NCBI RefSeq assembly: GCF_000186885.1
Contig: NC_014972.1
Span: 1,050,001-1,082,000, forward strand
Reading direction: 5' to 3'
Length of the DNA: 32,000 nt
Origin: Desulfobulbus propionicus DSM 2032
Lineage (GTDB): Bacteria; Desulfobacterota; Desulfobulbia; Desulfobulbales; Desulfobulbaceae
Shown here: positions 10,901 through 19,509 of the stretch, piece after piece
How the letters are laid out: every line of letters begins with the position of its first letter
How positions within the stretch are numbered: position 1 is the first letter of the stretch
Made by a program: the position numbers and the translations under genes
The notes under the pieces: generated by a model
Seen by the model: only the letters and a program-made list of their open reading frames with translations
What the model was told of the DNA's origin: nothing
Database searches by the model: none

Positions 10901-12273
10901 TGGTTGATCACTTGGGTGTAGAGCTGTTCGCCGAAAAGGCCCTTGAACCGCTGGGCAAGGATGTTGCCCAGGGCCAGTCCCTCCATGGAGGCGAGCTGGG
11001 CGCCGGCCTGGCGGGCGACCTGGGTTTGCTGCTCGCGGCTGAGGAGCTGCTCGTAGTGTTCGAGCAGGCGGTTGAAGGCGCTAAAGTCGAGCTGGCCGGT
11101 CTGCTGGAGCTGGGAGTCGGTGACCTGCTGGGCAGCGGTGGCGAGCACCGGGGCGGACCACTCGGGCTGTTTGAGCCGGGCCAGGAGATGCTCGGGCAGC
11201 TCGGCCAGGGTGGTGTCGGGATTGAGCAACAGGGCGCGGGCATCGATGTTCTGGGCGATGGTCCTGGTGATTTCGGGTTTTTTTTCTTGCTCCAGGTGTG
11301 CCAGACGGTGCAGGATCGCTCCCGGCCCGCCGGTTGCTCCAGCGGCATCGTTCCCAGGAATGGTGCGCAGTCCCTGTTGGGCGACCAGGCTGGCGATCAG
11401 ACTGTTGAGTCGTTGCGGCGTCAACTGGTGCAGGGCCGAACCCAGCATTGCATCGGCCTCGGCCGATGCCGGCAGGTTGGCGATCAATTTGGCCAGCAGG
11501 GCCGGATCCAAAGCGGACAGGGCGTCCGCCGATTTTTCGAGCTCAAGGGTTCGTTTGCGAAAATCGGTTTCCCGGCTCAGCTTGCCAAGGAAATCGATCA
11601 CCGCCCTGGTGACTTCCTCTGGCGGACGGTTGTGTTCATTGGCGAGCGGCAACCGTTTGATCAGTTCCTCGACCAGCTCCGGCGAAACGCCCTGCAAGGG
11701 ATCTTGCCCCGTTCGTCCCAGGACAAAATTGGCCAGCTCCTCGTCGCTGATGCTGAGGCCGGAAGCGAGCAGTTCCTCGCGCACCACCTGTTCGCCTTCA
11801 TGGATGGCGACGTAACGGCTGACATCAACGGACACGGACACGATACCGGCTTTGTCGAGAAGGGTGGCAACGGGTTCGGTCAGTTCTTTTTCACCGAGAA
11901 GCGCGGAAAGGGTTTGGGTGAATGTGATGCATTCCTCAGGGGAAAAGGAGGCATGAAAGGTGAAGGAATGGATCTTGAAGCGGTTGAACAGGGTGACCAG
12001 CCCTTGGATTTGTGGGCGCGAGTGATCCTTTTCGGGCAGGTGTTCCCCGCAGACGAGGATTTTTTGATCGGAAAGGGCAAGGATGACCGAATTGTCCGCG
12101 TCACCCTCCAGCAACGCCTCAAAGGCTTTCATGAGAAACTCGTTGCTTCGCTGCACCTGCGGATTGGCGGCAGGATAGAGGCGTATGGTTCTCAGTGCCG
12201 TGTACAGTCGGATGGGGAAGTCAAGCAGGAGCTGCGTTCTGTCCGAGGAGGGAGGCTGCGGGATATGGCCCAT
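7984..12273 (-). CDS. large multidomain protein: N-terminal region, duplicated 184-aa module, HEAT-like repeats, CRP-like cyclic-nucleotide-binding-like domain, C-terminal PilZ domain
   Basis: 1429 aa from ATG 12273 (open frame extends to 12408). HEAT-like AGNPAVSILLEQLHKDSPWYVVRNIIRLLGEVGSPALF...; cNMP-like YKPEETIVAQGEKNDSLFFINQGSIKVS...GQIAGENFF; PilZ RRREQRF...ETADISLGGLAF. Confidence 0.8.
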   Translation of the reverse strand: MGHIPQPPSSDRTQLLLDFPIRLYTALRTIRLYPAANPQVQRSNEFLMKAFEALLEGDADNSVILALSDQKILVCGEHLPEKDHSRPQIQGLVTLFNRFKIHSFTFHASFSPEECITFTQTLSALLGEKELTEPVATLLDKAGIVSVSVDVSRYVAIHEGEQVVREELLASGLSISDEELANFVLGRTGQDPLQGVSPELVEELIKRLPLANEHNRPPEEVTRAVIDFLGKLSRETDFRKRTLELEKSADALSALDPALLAKLIANLPASAEADAMLGSALHQLTPQRLNSLIASLVAQQGLRTIPGNDAAGATGGPGAILHRLAHLEQEKKPEITRTIAQNIDARALLLNPDTTLAELPEHLLARLKQPEWSAPVLATAAQQVTDSQLQQTGQLDFSAFNRLLEHYEQLLSREQQTQVARQAGAQLASMEGLALGNILAQRFKGLFGEQLYTQVINQVSDELLDETVDHLTPKQLNRMIATLTSDIPLQIGKDKDPDFKPADDSVLKRLARTKKGPEITRTIAQNIDARALLLNPSAPSSSLPDPLAMRLQQPAWSAPVLVAATQQSFEARQQPDGPADFSSFEQVLQRYDTLLDKEQQLKVATQAGAQIAATFDEQELGLILVQKYKTLFGEQLYQQVISQLSQDKLAKLTDQFRAIAEGRSPRPGDVDDKEVEAAYNRLLQTVRGEKMRAIIELHSKQRQIQEQERRQSVKGGLDHLLHGNFSDLENKEFCQDLPETVRGLLLNNNEKTADSVLMQLAVALQHGKPAIRANAFRTLAAIAEQLMHLGQWERLAKLLPALQQGLQLQGIDEHGSQQALTAIGTLTGHYLSEERYPLACETTQLLQTLSTAEPSASANPHLRAQAQETLKTLCSQPILEQLLDRYLHSEVHQEAAGRLLVQLGMESAKFQLQQLINNESRFERKRLLSLIKQAGNPAVSILLEQLHKDSPWYVVRNIIRLLGEVGSPALFATIRPYIHHSDPRVQQEVISTAVKIGGDHLKDFLLHALQHVDDSLKIKVINHVATAHDERFVRPLTELLESVKPFLGKSKNDLQISICKTLGAIGSRRATASLNRVAQSKNVLGLAGYSDEVRQAAAQALEQIRQATALQTEWDQEETAAEEQPDSRETTAGPANPVQAAERQRERIDAIDDLPLGEMIRASEIIEQERRGVRTGDDLEIWAELTDRLGTDEFRAIHQQFIERRYKPEETIVAQGEKNDSLFFINQGSIKVSHLVGSRELFITSLNRGQIAGENFFAPSFWTVTLTSLTPSRLYLLPQTALDTWKEQFPGLRAKLYDYYSACNNICSMIERKGLDRRREQRFNLSRKIQVQPISSLENPIGRGFRAETADISLGGLAFLIRISRQENARLLLGRRMQIVLPVGGKAKFFHLKGMVIGVQPFHLQDNGFSAHFKFDHRLEQQELQSILG
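10670..10726 (-). repeat. copy A of intragenic duplication (best-conserved DNA core)
   Basis: ttgagcagcagggcgcgggcatcgatgttctgggcgatggtcctggtgatttcgggt; matches 11222-11278 with one mismatch in 57 nt, offset 552 nt. Confidence 0.95.
11222..11278 (-). repeat. copy B of intragenic duplication (best-conserved DNA core)
   Basis: ttgagcaacagggcgcgggcatcgatgttctgggcgatggtcctggtgatttcgggt; see copy A. Confidence 0.95.
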
Positions 12274-12519
12274 GGGCGGTTCCGTGTGATGGCGTCGATC
12301 TTTCCGTGAGGGACTGGTTCGGTTCTGTGTCCACGGGTCCGGGAAGCGAGAGCGATCCGCGGTCGTGGCGCACAACCAGGCCATGCGAAGCCGTGCATCG
12401 AAGCACAAAGAGAGGTTCGCGCGAAGCTCGACATGGCGTATTCATCCGTTACCATTCCATATCCGCTGCATTTGATCAATGTGAACTTTTTTGAACGGAT
12501 TGAGGCGACTGATGGCAGG

Positions 12520-13158
12520 TCAAAGAAGAACCAACCGCTCTTGCCCTAAAGCCGAACGGCAGGGAGCCCCCGTGACACATATCATGTGGTGGCGCAGGAG
12601 GAGCTGGACAAGGACATTGATCGGCAAGCCCACCACATTGCTGTACGAACCGTTTATGGTACGGACGAGAAAGGCGCCCCTGCCTTGAATGCCGTATGCG
12701 CCGGCCTTGTCCATGGGCTCGCCGGAATCGACATAGGCCTGGAGAACGGAGTCGGCAAAATGGTCGAAGGTGACCAGGGTGGTTGCCTCGCCCGCTTCCT
12801 CGATCCGTCGGTCGTGGCAGCAGACGGCAAAACCGGTGATGACCCGGTGGGTCCGTCCTTGCAGCTGCTTGAGGATGGCCAGCGCTTCCTCGCGGTCCCG
12901 CGGTTTGCCAAAGAGAGTCTCGTCCAGGGTGACCACGGTGTCGGCGCCGATGACGCAGGCCTGGGGAGAGGTGGCGGCTATTGCCTTGGCTTTGGTTATT
13001 GCCATGCGCCGGGCAAATGCTGCGGCTGGCTCGCCGGTTTCGGGCGTCTCGTCGATCCGCGCCGGTTCGGCACGGAATGCGAGACCAAGCTGGCGGAGAA
13101 ATTCCTGACGGCGCGGTGAGGCCGAAGCGAGGATCAAGGGATGGCAGGCGGTGAACAT
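12520..13158 (-). CDS. maf: Maf family nucleoside triphosphate pyrophosphatase
   Basis: PLILASASPRRQEFLRQLGL, VIGADTVVTLDETLFGKPRDREEALAILKQLQGRTHRVITG, AGAYGIQGRGAFLVRTINGSYSNVVGLPI. Confidence 0.95.
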   Translation of the reverse strand: MFTACHPLILASASPRRQEFLRQLGLAFRAEPARIDETPETGEPAAAFARRMAITKAKAIAATSPQACVIGADTVVTLDETLFGKPRDREEALAILKQLQGRTHRVITGFAVCCHDRRIEEAGEATTLVTFDHFADSVLQAYVDSGEPMDKAGAYGIQGRGAFLVRTINGSYSNVVGLPINVLVQLLLRHHMICVTGAPCRSALGQERLVLL

Positions 13159-13958
13159 GGCAAGACAGGGTTCTGGTTGAAGAGGGGAAAAGGATAGTAG
13201 AGACGTTCGAGAAACAGACCGCAGGCCGGCGCGGTAAGGCCGGCCTGGGTTCGGTCCCTGGCAGCCAGGATGGCGGCGATCGCCTCCTCCGGGCGCTTGC
13301 CGTGCCCGATCTCGATCAGGGTTCCGGCCAGGATGCGCACCATCTGGCGGAGAAAACCGTCGCCGGTCACGTGAAGCGACCAGAAATCCTCGCATCCCAA
13401 ACGGGGCGAGCATCGGATTTCGTAAAGGGTGCGGACCGCGCCGCGGCCATCGATGGCAGTTTTGTCCCGTGAGCCGGAGCGCTCAAAACTGGAAAAATCA
13501 TGCCGGCCGACCAGTTGGGTCAAGGCGGTACGCAACCGCTTCGGGTCAAAAGGGCCGGGAAAATGGGCACGGTGCAGACGAGTGGAGGGGCATTGGACCG
13601 CACCGGTGAAGAAGTCGTAGCGGTAGGTCTTGCCCAAGGCACTGAAACGACTGTGGAAGGTGGCCGACGCCTCCTCGGCCGCCAAAATGCGGATGTCCGG
13701 AGGCAACAGGGCATTGAGGCCCTTGAAAAAGGCGACGACCGGGATGGCCGCCCGCGTATGAAAATGGGCCACCATGCCGAGGGCATGCACGCCGGCGTCG
13801 GTGCGCCCCGCACCATGGAGGGTGATCGGTTCCTCGCAGAGATGCGACAGTCGCTGCTCCAGCTCTTCCTGGATGGTGGCCTCGCCTTGGCGCTGTCGCT
13901 GCCATCCGCAATAGTTGCCGCCATCGTAGGCAATCAGCAGCCGGATGGTGCGGAGCAT
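13134..13958 (-). CDS. truA: tRNA pseudouridine(38-40) synthase TruA
   Basis: IRLLIAYDGGNYCGWQRQ, GAGRTDAGVHALGMVAHF, YRYDFF, FLRQMVRILAGTLIEIGHGK. Start 13958. Confidence 0.96.
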   Translation of the reverse strand: MLRTIRLLIAYDGGNYCGWQRQRQGEATIQEELEQRLSHLCEEPITLHGAGRTDAGVHALGMVAHFHTRAAIPVVAFFKGLNALLPPDIRILAAEEASATFHSRFSALGKTYRYDFFTGAVQCPSTRLHRAHFPGPFDPKRLRTALTQLVGRHDFSSFERSGSRDKTAIDGRGAVRTLYEIRCSPRLGCEDFWSLHVTGDGFLRQMVRILAGTLIEIGHGKRPEEAIAAILAARDRTQAGLTAPACGLFLERLYYPFPLFNQNPVLPCSPPAIP

Positions 13959-14998
13959 CAGGGGAAAAACGGCGCTCCCAGCAGGCCGGTTGTTTCGGGA
14001 AACCCGTTCATCAGATTCATGTTTTGCACCGCCTGGCCCGAAGCTCCTTTGACGATATTGTCGATGGCCGACATGACGATCAGGCGGCCGGTTCGGGAAT
14101 CCTTTTGCAGGGCCAAGTCGCAACAGTTGGAGCCGCGGACATGCTGCGTCGCGGGTGGTGTGCCGGCGGGCAACACGCGGACAAACGGTTCGGCATCGTA
14201 GGTGCTTTCGTACAGCGCGTGCAGATCGGCGTCACGACCCTGTTCGGTGAGGGTGGCGTAGATGGTGCTCAGGATGCCACGGGAAATGGGCAGCAAATGA
14301 GGGGTAAAAGAGACCGTCACCGGTTGGCCCGCTGCCAGCGATAATTCTTGCTCGATTTCAGGAATGTGCCGATGGCTGCCACCTACTTTGTAGGGCTTGA
14401 ACCCGTCGGTGACCTCGCAAAACAGGGTCCCCACACTGGCCGCCCTGCCAGCTCCGGATGTCCCTGATTTGGAGTCGATGATCAGAGTGGCTGGATCGAT
14501 CAAGCCATGGCGGAGCAGAGGCGCCAGGGCCAGGATGACCGAAGTCGGGTAACAGCCGGGATTGGCGGTCAGGCGCGCGGTGCGTATCCGGTCGCGGTAC
14601 AGTTCCGGCAGGCCATAGACAGCCTCCGCAAGCAGGTGCGGGCTGGAGTGGGGTTGATACCAAGCTTCGTAGGTCGCCGCATCATGGAGGCGATAGTCGG
14701 CGCTCAGATCGACCACTTTCTTGCCCGCATCCAACAGGCGAGGGACGATATCCATGGCTGTCTTGTGTGGGACAGCGGCGAAAAAGAAATCGGCCCGATC
14801 GAGCAATTCCTCAACCGACAAATTCTCGCAGACAATGTCCACTCGCTTGCGCAGATTGGGGAACACCTCGGCGAGCGCTTTGCCCGCATACTGCCGCGAG
14901 GTGGCGGCGGTCAGACGGATTTCAGGATGTCCTGCAAGAATGCGGGCCAGCTCGACCCCGGTGTACCCGGAGGCACCAATAATTCCGACATGCAGCAT
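13958..14998 (-). CDS. argC: N-acetyl-gamma-glutamyl-phosphate reductase
   Basis: 346 aa; [70 protein letters not shown]. Confidence 0.97.
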   Translation of the reverse strand: MLHVGIIGASGYTGVELARILAGHPEIRLTAATSRQYAGKALAEVFPNLRKRVDIVCENLSVEELLDRADFFFAAVPHKTAMDIVPRLLDAGKKVVDLSADYRLHDAATYEAWYQPHSSPHLLAEAVYGLPELYRDRIRTARLTANPGCYPTSVILALAPLLRHGLIDPATLIIDSKSGTSGAGRAASVGTLFCEVTDGFKPYKVGGSHRHIPEIEQELSLAAGQPVTVSFTPHLLPISRGILSTIYATLTEQGRDADLHALYESTYDAEPFVRVLPAGTPPATQHVRGSNCCDLALQKDSRTGRLIVMSAIDNIVKGASGQAVQNMNLMNGFPETTGLLGAPFFP

Positions 14999-15038
14999 GA
15001 TAGTGTTCCTCTTCTCGTCGCGGCTGTGGGAGCTTTTG

Positions 15039-15075
15039 TAAAAAAAAAGGGAATAACGAAGAGTCGTTATTCCCT
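15039..15075 (-). terminator. intrinsic terminator downstream of rpsI
   Basis: On minus strand AGGGAATAACGA-CTCT-TCGTTATTCCCT followed by TTTTTTTT: perfect 12-bp stem. Confidence 0.93.
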
Positions 15076-15131
15076 GAGTGAAAACGGATACGAAAAATAG
15101 GGTGCGGCGACCAACTCCGCTGGGGCCGAAA

Positions 15132-15524
15132 TCAACGTTTGGAGAACTGGAAGCGGGCGCGGGCACCACGCTGGCCGTATTTTTTGCGCTCCTTGGCGCG
15201 CGGGTCACGGGTCAGCAGTCCGGCACGCTTCAGCGGCAGACGCATTTCCGGATTCAACTCCTGGAGCGCACGGGCAATACCATGGACCAGCGCGTCGATC
15301 TGCGCCGATTTACCGCCCCCCTTCACCGTGGCCTGAATATCGTACTGATCGACGGTTTCAGTGACGGCAAAAGGCTTGGCCACCTTGGGTTCAAAAAAGA
15401 TATTGCCGAAATATTCGCTCAACTCCATCTTGTTGATCGCTACCTTGCCGCTGCCGGGAGTGATCCAGACTCTGGCTATTGCTGTCTTCCGTCTGCCGGT
15501 AGCGTATGTCTGTTCCTGGGCCAT
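15132..15524 (-). CDS. rpsI: 30S ribosomal protein S9
   Basis: [72 protein letters not shown]. Confidence 0.97.
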   Translation of the reverse strand: MAQEQTYATGRRKTAIARVWITPGSGKVAINKMELSEYFGNIFFEPKVAKPFAVTETVDQYDIQATVKGGGKSAQIDALVHGIARALQELNPEMRLPLKRAGLLTRDPRAKERKKYGQRGARARFQFSKR

Positions 15525-15541
15525 AATCATGTACTCCGTGT

Positions 15542-15970
15542 TCAAATCTCAAGATTCTCGGGCTGTTGCGCCTGGTGGGGATGATCCTTGCCGCTATAGA
15601 CCTTCAATTTCTTCAACTGCGCCCGGCCAAGTTTGTTTTTCGGCAACATCCCCCTCACGGCCATCCGGATCAGTTCTTCCGGCTTCTTGGCCAGCACCTC
15701 GCGGGCGCTTTGGGTTGTAATCCCGCCCGGGTATCCCGAATGGCGATGATATTTCTTGTCGTCCCACTTGTTGCCGGTGAGGTGAATCTTGTCAGCGTTG
15801 ACAACAATGACGAAATCGCCGTTGTCCTGAAAGTTGCAAAAGGTCGGTTTGTGCTTACCGCGCAGGCGACGGGCGATCTCCACGGCAATACGCCCCAGAA
15901 CCTTGCCGTCGGCATCGGCTACATACCATTTTCGGTCTATTTCATTGACTGGCGTGTAATAGGTTTTCAT
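15542..15970 (-). CDS. rplM: 50S ribosomal protein L13
   Basis: [71 protein letters not shown]. Confidence 0.97.
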   Translation of the reverse strand: MKTYYTPVNEIDRKWYVADADGKVLGRIAVEIARRLRGKHKPTFCNFQDNGDFVIVVNADKIHLTGNKWDDKKYHRHSGYPGGITTQSAREVLAKKPEELIRMAVRGMLPKNKLGRAQLKKLKVYSGKDHPHQAQQPENLEI

Positions 15971-15987
15971 GCTGCGCCTCAACACTG

Positions 15988-16020
15988 AAAAAAAAAGGCT
16001 CGAACAGAGGTCCGAACCTT
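15988..16020 (-). terminator. intrinsic terminator-like hairpin between tRNA-Gly and rplM
   Basis: Minus strand AAGGTTCG-gacctctgtt-CGAGCCTT (one G-U pair) followed by at least 7 T. Confidence 0.7.
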
Positions 16021-16031
16021 GGAGTCTCTTT

Positions 16032-16106
<75 letters not shown>

Positions 16107-16509
16107 TCGGTGTTTTCCGTAACAGCGGCAGAATATACAGAGTTTGAGGGGCTGCTGTCAATAAAAAAAAATCATTGGAAGCAAGTTGCTGGTCAACCTG
16201 GTGAGAAAGCCGGCGACCCGTCGTGGTCAAAGGTTGTCGATTTGGACGAGCGGTACGAGCATGCCCCCCGATTTATCGATCCTTTGCAGGGGTGCCGTCG
16301 TTAAGGACCGCCAGGCCGGCAGGCGGGAAACCGTGATTTTTTGTTTTCGAGCCAGCTGGTTGGAATCAGAGGTTGTGACCGACAGTAAAATTGGCTACAT
16401 TGATTGGCGTATTTCATCAGCAATAACCACGAGCTGTTATTTTTTTACCTGCAACGGGCCGACATCGTCGGTGCCAAGAACGGCCGTCCGCAGAGCGAAG
16501 GAGTTTTTC

Positions 16510-17109
16510 ATGGCAGAACCCGCTACCCGTAGGGTGTCCATTGCGCGCACCACCAAGGAAACCGATATCCGCCTCGTGCTCGATTTGGAAGGGGCAGGAC
16601 ATGCCTCCGTGCGCACGGGCGTCGGCTTCATGGACCATATGTTGACCCTGTTTGCCGTTCACGGCCTCTTTGATCTGGAAATCGTCGCCACCGGCGATAC
16701 CGAGGTCGACGACCATCATACGGTCGAGGATGTGGGAATCTGTCTGGGGATGGCCTTTGCCCAGGCCTTGGGCGATAAATCAGGCATCTGCCGCTATGGG
16801 CATGCCTATGTCCCCATGGACGAGGCGCTGGCGCGGGTCTGCGTCGATTTTTCCAACCGTCCCCACCTACACTACCAGGTCCAGGTGAGCGAAGGCAAAA
16901 TCGGCACCTTTGATCCGCCGTTGGCCAAGGAATTCCTGCGTGCCTTTGTTCTCCACGCCGGTTTGACCCTGCATGCGGACCTGCTCCATGGAGAAAACGG
17001 GCACCATATTCTGGAGGCGGTGTTCAAGGCAACGGCCCGAGCGGTGGCGCTTGCCGTCGCTCCGCATCCCAAGGTCAAGGGGCAACTTTCGTCCAAGGGC
17101 GTACTATGA
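16510..17109 (+). CDS. hisB: imidazoleglycerol-phosphate dehydratase
   Basis: GVGFMDHMLTLFAVHGLFDLEI, DDHHTVEDVGICLG, NGHHILEAVFKATARAV; RBS GAAGGAG before ATG 16510. Confidence 0.96.
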   Translation: MAEPATRRVSIARTTKETDIRLVLDLEGAGHASVRTGVGFMDHMLTLFAVHGLFDLEIVATGDTEVDDHHTVEDVGICLGMAFAQALGDKSGICRYGHAYVPMDEALARVCVDFSNRPHLHYQVQVSEGKIGTFDPPLAKEFLRAFVLHAGLTLHADLLHGENGHHILEAVFKATARAVALAVAPHPKVKGQLSSKGVL

Positions 17110-17196
17110 CGCCACGCACTCGGCTTGTCGTTGGACGTGAACGGCCGGCCAAGGATGCCATCATTCATTTTATCAGCAATTTCTAGGGAGGAACAG

Positions 17197-17826
17197 GTGA
17201 CCGCATTGTCAAAAGTACGAGTTGGGCTGGCCGTGTGTTGTTTTCTCGCGGCTTCGGGTTGTGCAACCAAGGACAAGCCGGCGGAATCGGGGAAAACGGT
17301 CGATGTGCCGGTGTCCTGCATTGCCGTCATGCCGGTTCAACCGACCACCGATTACGAAGGCACGGCCTCCGAGGATGAGTTGAAGGCGCTCCAGGACGGC
17401 AGCCGGGTGATGGATGCCCTCCTCAAGCAAGAGCTGGCCCAATCGCGGCGCACGCTCCAGTTTGTCGACGAGGCAAGGCTTCCGAGCGGAGCCCTCTCCA
17501 TGGACGATGCCCGGAAAGTTGCCGAGCAGGTCGGATGCAATGCTGTTCTGGAAGTGTCCCTCGGTCAATATACCGAGCGGGTGGGGGGGGATTACGGGGT
17601 CAAGCAGCCGGCAGCGGTCACCTTTGCCTATAGAATGTACGAGACCAAAGAAGGTGCGGTGCTCTGCCATGGTCGATTCGACGAACGGCAACAGTCGTTG
17701 ATGGAAAATTTGCTCACCTTGCCCAAAGCCAAGCGCCGCGGCCTTACCTGGTTGACCGCCGAAGAGCTGGCGCGGGAGGGGCTGCGCGAAAAGATGGGGC
17801 AGTGCTCCTACCTGGGCGGCAAATAA
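17197..17826 (+). CDS. putative lipoprotein
   Basis: 209 aa from GTG 17197 with RBS AGGGAGGA; signal peptide and lipobox (VGLAVCCFLAASGC). Confidence 0.75.
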   Translation: MTALSKVRVGLAVCCFLAASGCATKDKPAESGKTVDVPVSCIAVMPVQPTTDYEGTASEDELKALQDGSRVMDALLKQELAQSRRTLQFVDEARLPSGALSMDDARKVAEQVGCNAVLEVSLGQYTERVGGDYGVKQPAAVTFAYRMYETKEGAVLCHGRFDERQQSLMENLLTLPKAKRRGLTWLTAEELAREGLREKMGQCSYLGGK

Positions 17827-17854
17827 GCTGGGTGTTTGCGGCGAGCAGGACGGA

Positions 17855-18616
17855 GTGCGGCTTTCTCGGGACGTGAACCGGCGCGTCGGTCGGGCGATGC
17901 ACGATTACGCCATGCTGGCCGATGGTGATCGAGTACTGGTGGCGGTTTCCGGCGGCATGGATTCCCTGGTGCTGGTTTGGCTGTTGTTGCATTGGCGGAA
18001 AAAGGCGCCCATCGACTACGCGCTTGAAGTGGTCCATGTCGACATGGAGCCGGAAGGTGAGGCGCCCGGGGCGGCGGCCATCCAAACCGCCGACCTGGTG
18101 GCGCGGTTCGGTGTGCAGGTGCATATCGTGCCGGCCCTATGGCGGCCAGTCCTCTCCGGTGAGGGAGAGGATGCGCGAGGACAGGATCTCTGTTTCCAAT
18201 GCGCCCGTTCCCGACGGACCCAGCTGTTCGAGCATGCCCGGCAGACCGGTTGTACCAAGATTGCCTTTGGCCACCACCGCGACGACATTGTTGAGACCTT
18301 TCTTCTCAACCTTACCTGCGCGGGCAACATCAGCACCATGTCGCCCCGCCAAGAGCTCTTTGCCGGCCGTTTGAGCCTGATACGGCCGCTGGCCTATCTC
18401 GATAAAAGCGAAATCGCGGCCATCGGCGGGGAACTGGGCCTGGAGCCGGTCCGGTCCACCTGTCCGCTGTCAGAGAGGACTCGGCGCGGGGAGATGCATC
18501 AGTTGGCCGAGCACATCTATCGGCAGATTCCCGGGGCCAAGGAGCACATCTTCGCCGCCCTGGGGAATGTCCGTCTCCAGTACCTGCTCCGCCAGACCGG
18601 CGGCAGGAGGCCCTGA
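17855..18616 (+). CDS. TtcA-like PP-loop tRNA thiolation-family ATPase
   Basis: VAVSGGMDSLVLVWLL PP-loop, CFQC motif, GHHRDDIVETFLLNL, PLAYLDKSEI. Confidence 0.85.
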   Translation: MRLSRDVNRRVGRAMHDYAMLADGDRVLVAVSGGMDSLVLVWLLLHWRKKAPIDYALEVVHVDMEPEGEAPGAAAIQTADLVARFGVQVHIVPALWRPVLSGEGEDARGQDLCFQCARSRRTQLFEHARQTGCTKIAFGHHRDDIVETFLLNLTCAGNISTMSPRQELFAGRLSLIRPLAYLDKSEIAAIGGELGLEPVRSTCPLSERTRRGEMHQLAEHIYRQIPGAKEHIFAALGNVRLQYLLRQTGGRRP

Positions 18617-19509
18617 TGCGAACGGGTAACGATTGTCTGGTCTGTTTCATGCGCCAGGCCCGGGCGGTGATTGGCCGCTCGACCAGCGACCCGCGGGAAC
18701 AGTGGCGCCTGCTCACCGAAGTGGGAGGCATGTTGTCTGGTTTTGACCCCCGGCTGCCGTCGCCGGAAAACGCGGTTCTTTTTTACCGCCATATCGCGCG
18801 GAGCACCGGCGTCAGCGATCCCTACCGGGAGGAGAAGCAGGAAAGCAATGCCTTTGCCCTGGGAGTGGAAACGCGCACCCGCGAGTTGATCCACCAGGAA
18901 TCCGATCCGCTGCGGGCCGCTATCCAGTTCGCCATCAATGCCAATGTCCTCGACTACGGGGCCCAGTACCGCCTGGACCGTGATGCGGCCTTGGCCTCCT
19001 GCCGTCAGCCGCTGGCCGTCGATCATTATGCCGCTTTGCAACGCCAGGTCGAGGGCCAGGCAACCATTCTCTATCTCGCCGATAACTGTGGTGAAATCGT
19101 CTTTGACAAGCTGCTGATCGAGCGGCTTGTCGCCAAGGGCTGCCGGGTGACCCTGGCAGTGCGGCGAGCGCCGATCATCAACGACGCCACCCGGGAGGAT
19201 GCCGTTCACTGCGGGCTTGATCAGCTCTGCCCGGTGATCGACAACGGTGCCGATGTGCCGGGCACCCCTCTGGCCAACTGCAGCGAAATCTTCCGCCGCC
19301 ATTTTGCCGAGGCCGACTGCATCATCAGCAAGGGCATGGGTAATTTCGAGTGCTTGGCCGAGGTCCGGGCGCCGCTCTTTTTTCTGTTCACGGCCAAGTG
19401 CACCACCGTGCTCACGTATCTGAAACGCCGTTGCGCCGACGCCGACCTGCGGATCGGCTCGCCGGTGCTACTCCAGGCCACGCAGGGACAAGAACCGCGA
19501 GCGGTGTGA
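18616..19509 (+). CDS. DUF89 / ARMT1-like family protein (predicted metal-dependent phosphatase)
   Basis: NDCLVCFMRQA, ILYLADNCGEIVFDKLLIERL, ADCIISKGMGNFECL, FFLFTAKC; start overlaps upstream stop as TGATG. Confidence 0.85.
   Translation: MRTGNDCLVCFMRQARAVIGRSTSDPREQWRLLTEVGGMLSGFDPRLPSPENAVLFYRHIARSTGVSDPYREEKQESNAFALGVETRTRELIHQESDPLRAAIQFAINANVLDYGAQYRLDRDAALASCRQPLAVDHYAALQRQVEGQATILYLADNCGEIVFDKLLIERLVAKGCRVTLAVRRAPIINDATREDAVHCGLDQLCPVIDNGADVPGTPLANCSEIFRRHFAEADCIISKGMGNFECLAEVRAPLFFLFTAKCTTVLTYLKRRCADADLRIGSPVLLQATQGQEPRAV

Noticed and set aside
10345-12309. 654-aa plus-strand ORF opposite the HEAT/PilZ gene
   Set aside because: It mirrors the duplicated module of the sense gene (repeated GIDVLGDGPGDFG), which is expected for an antisense frame; no independent domain evidence.
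16186-16509. N-terminal extension of the hisB ORF
   Set aside because: Sequence has no family resemblance and hisB has a strong RBS at its own ATG (16510); treated as non-coding.
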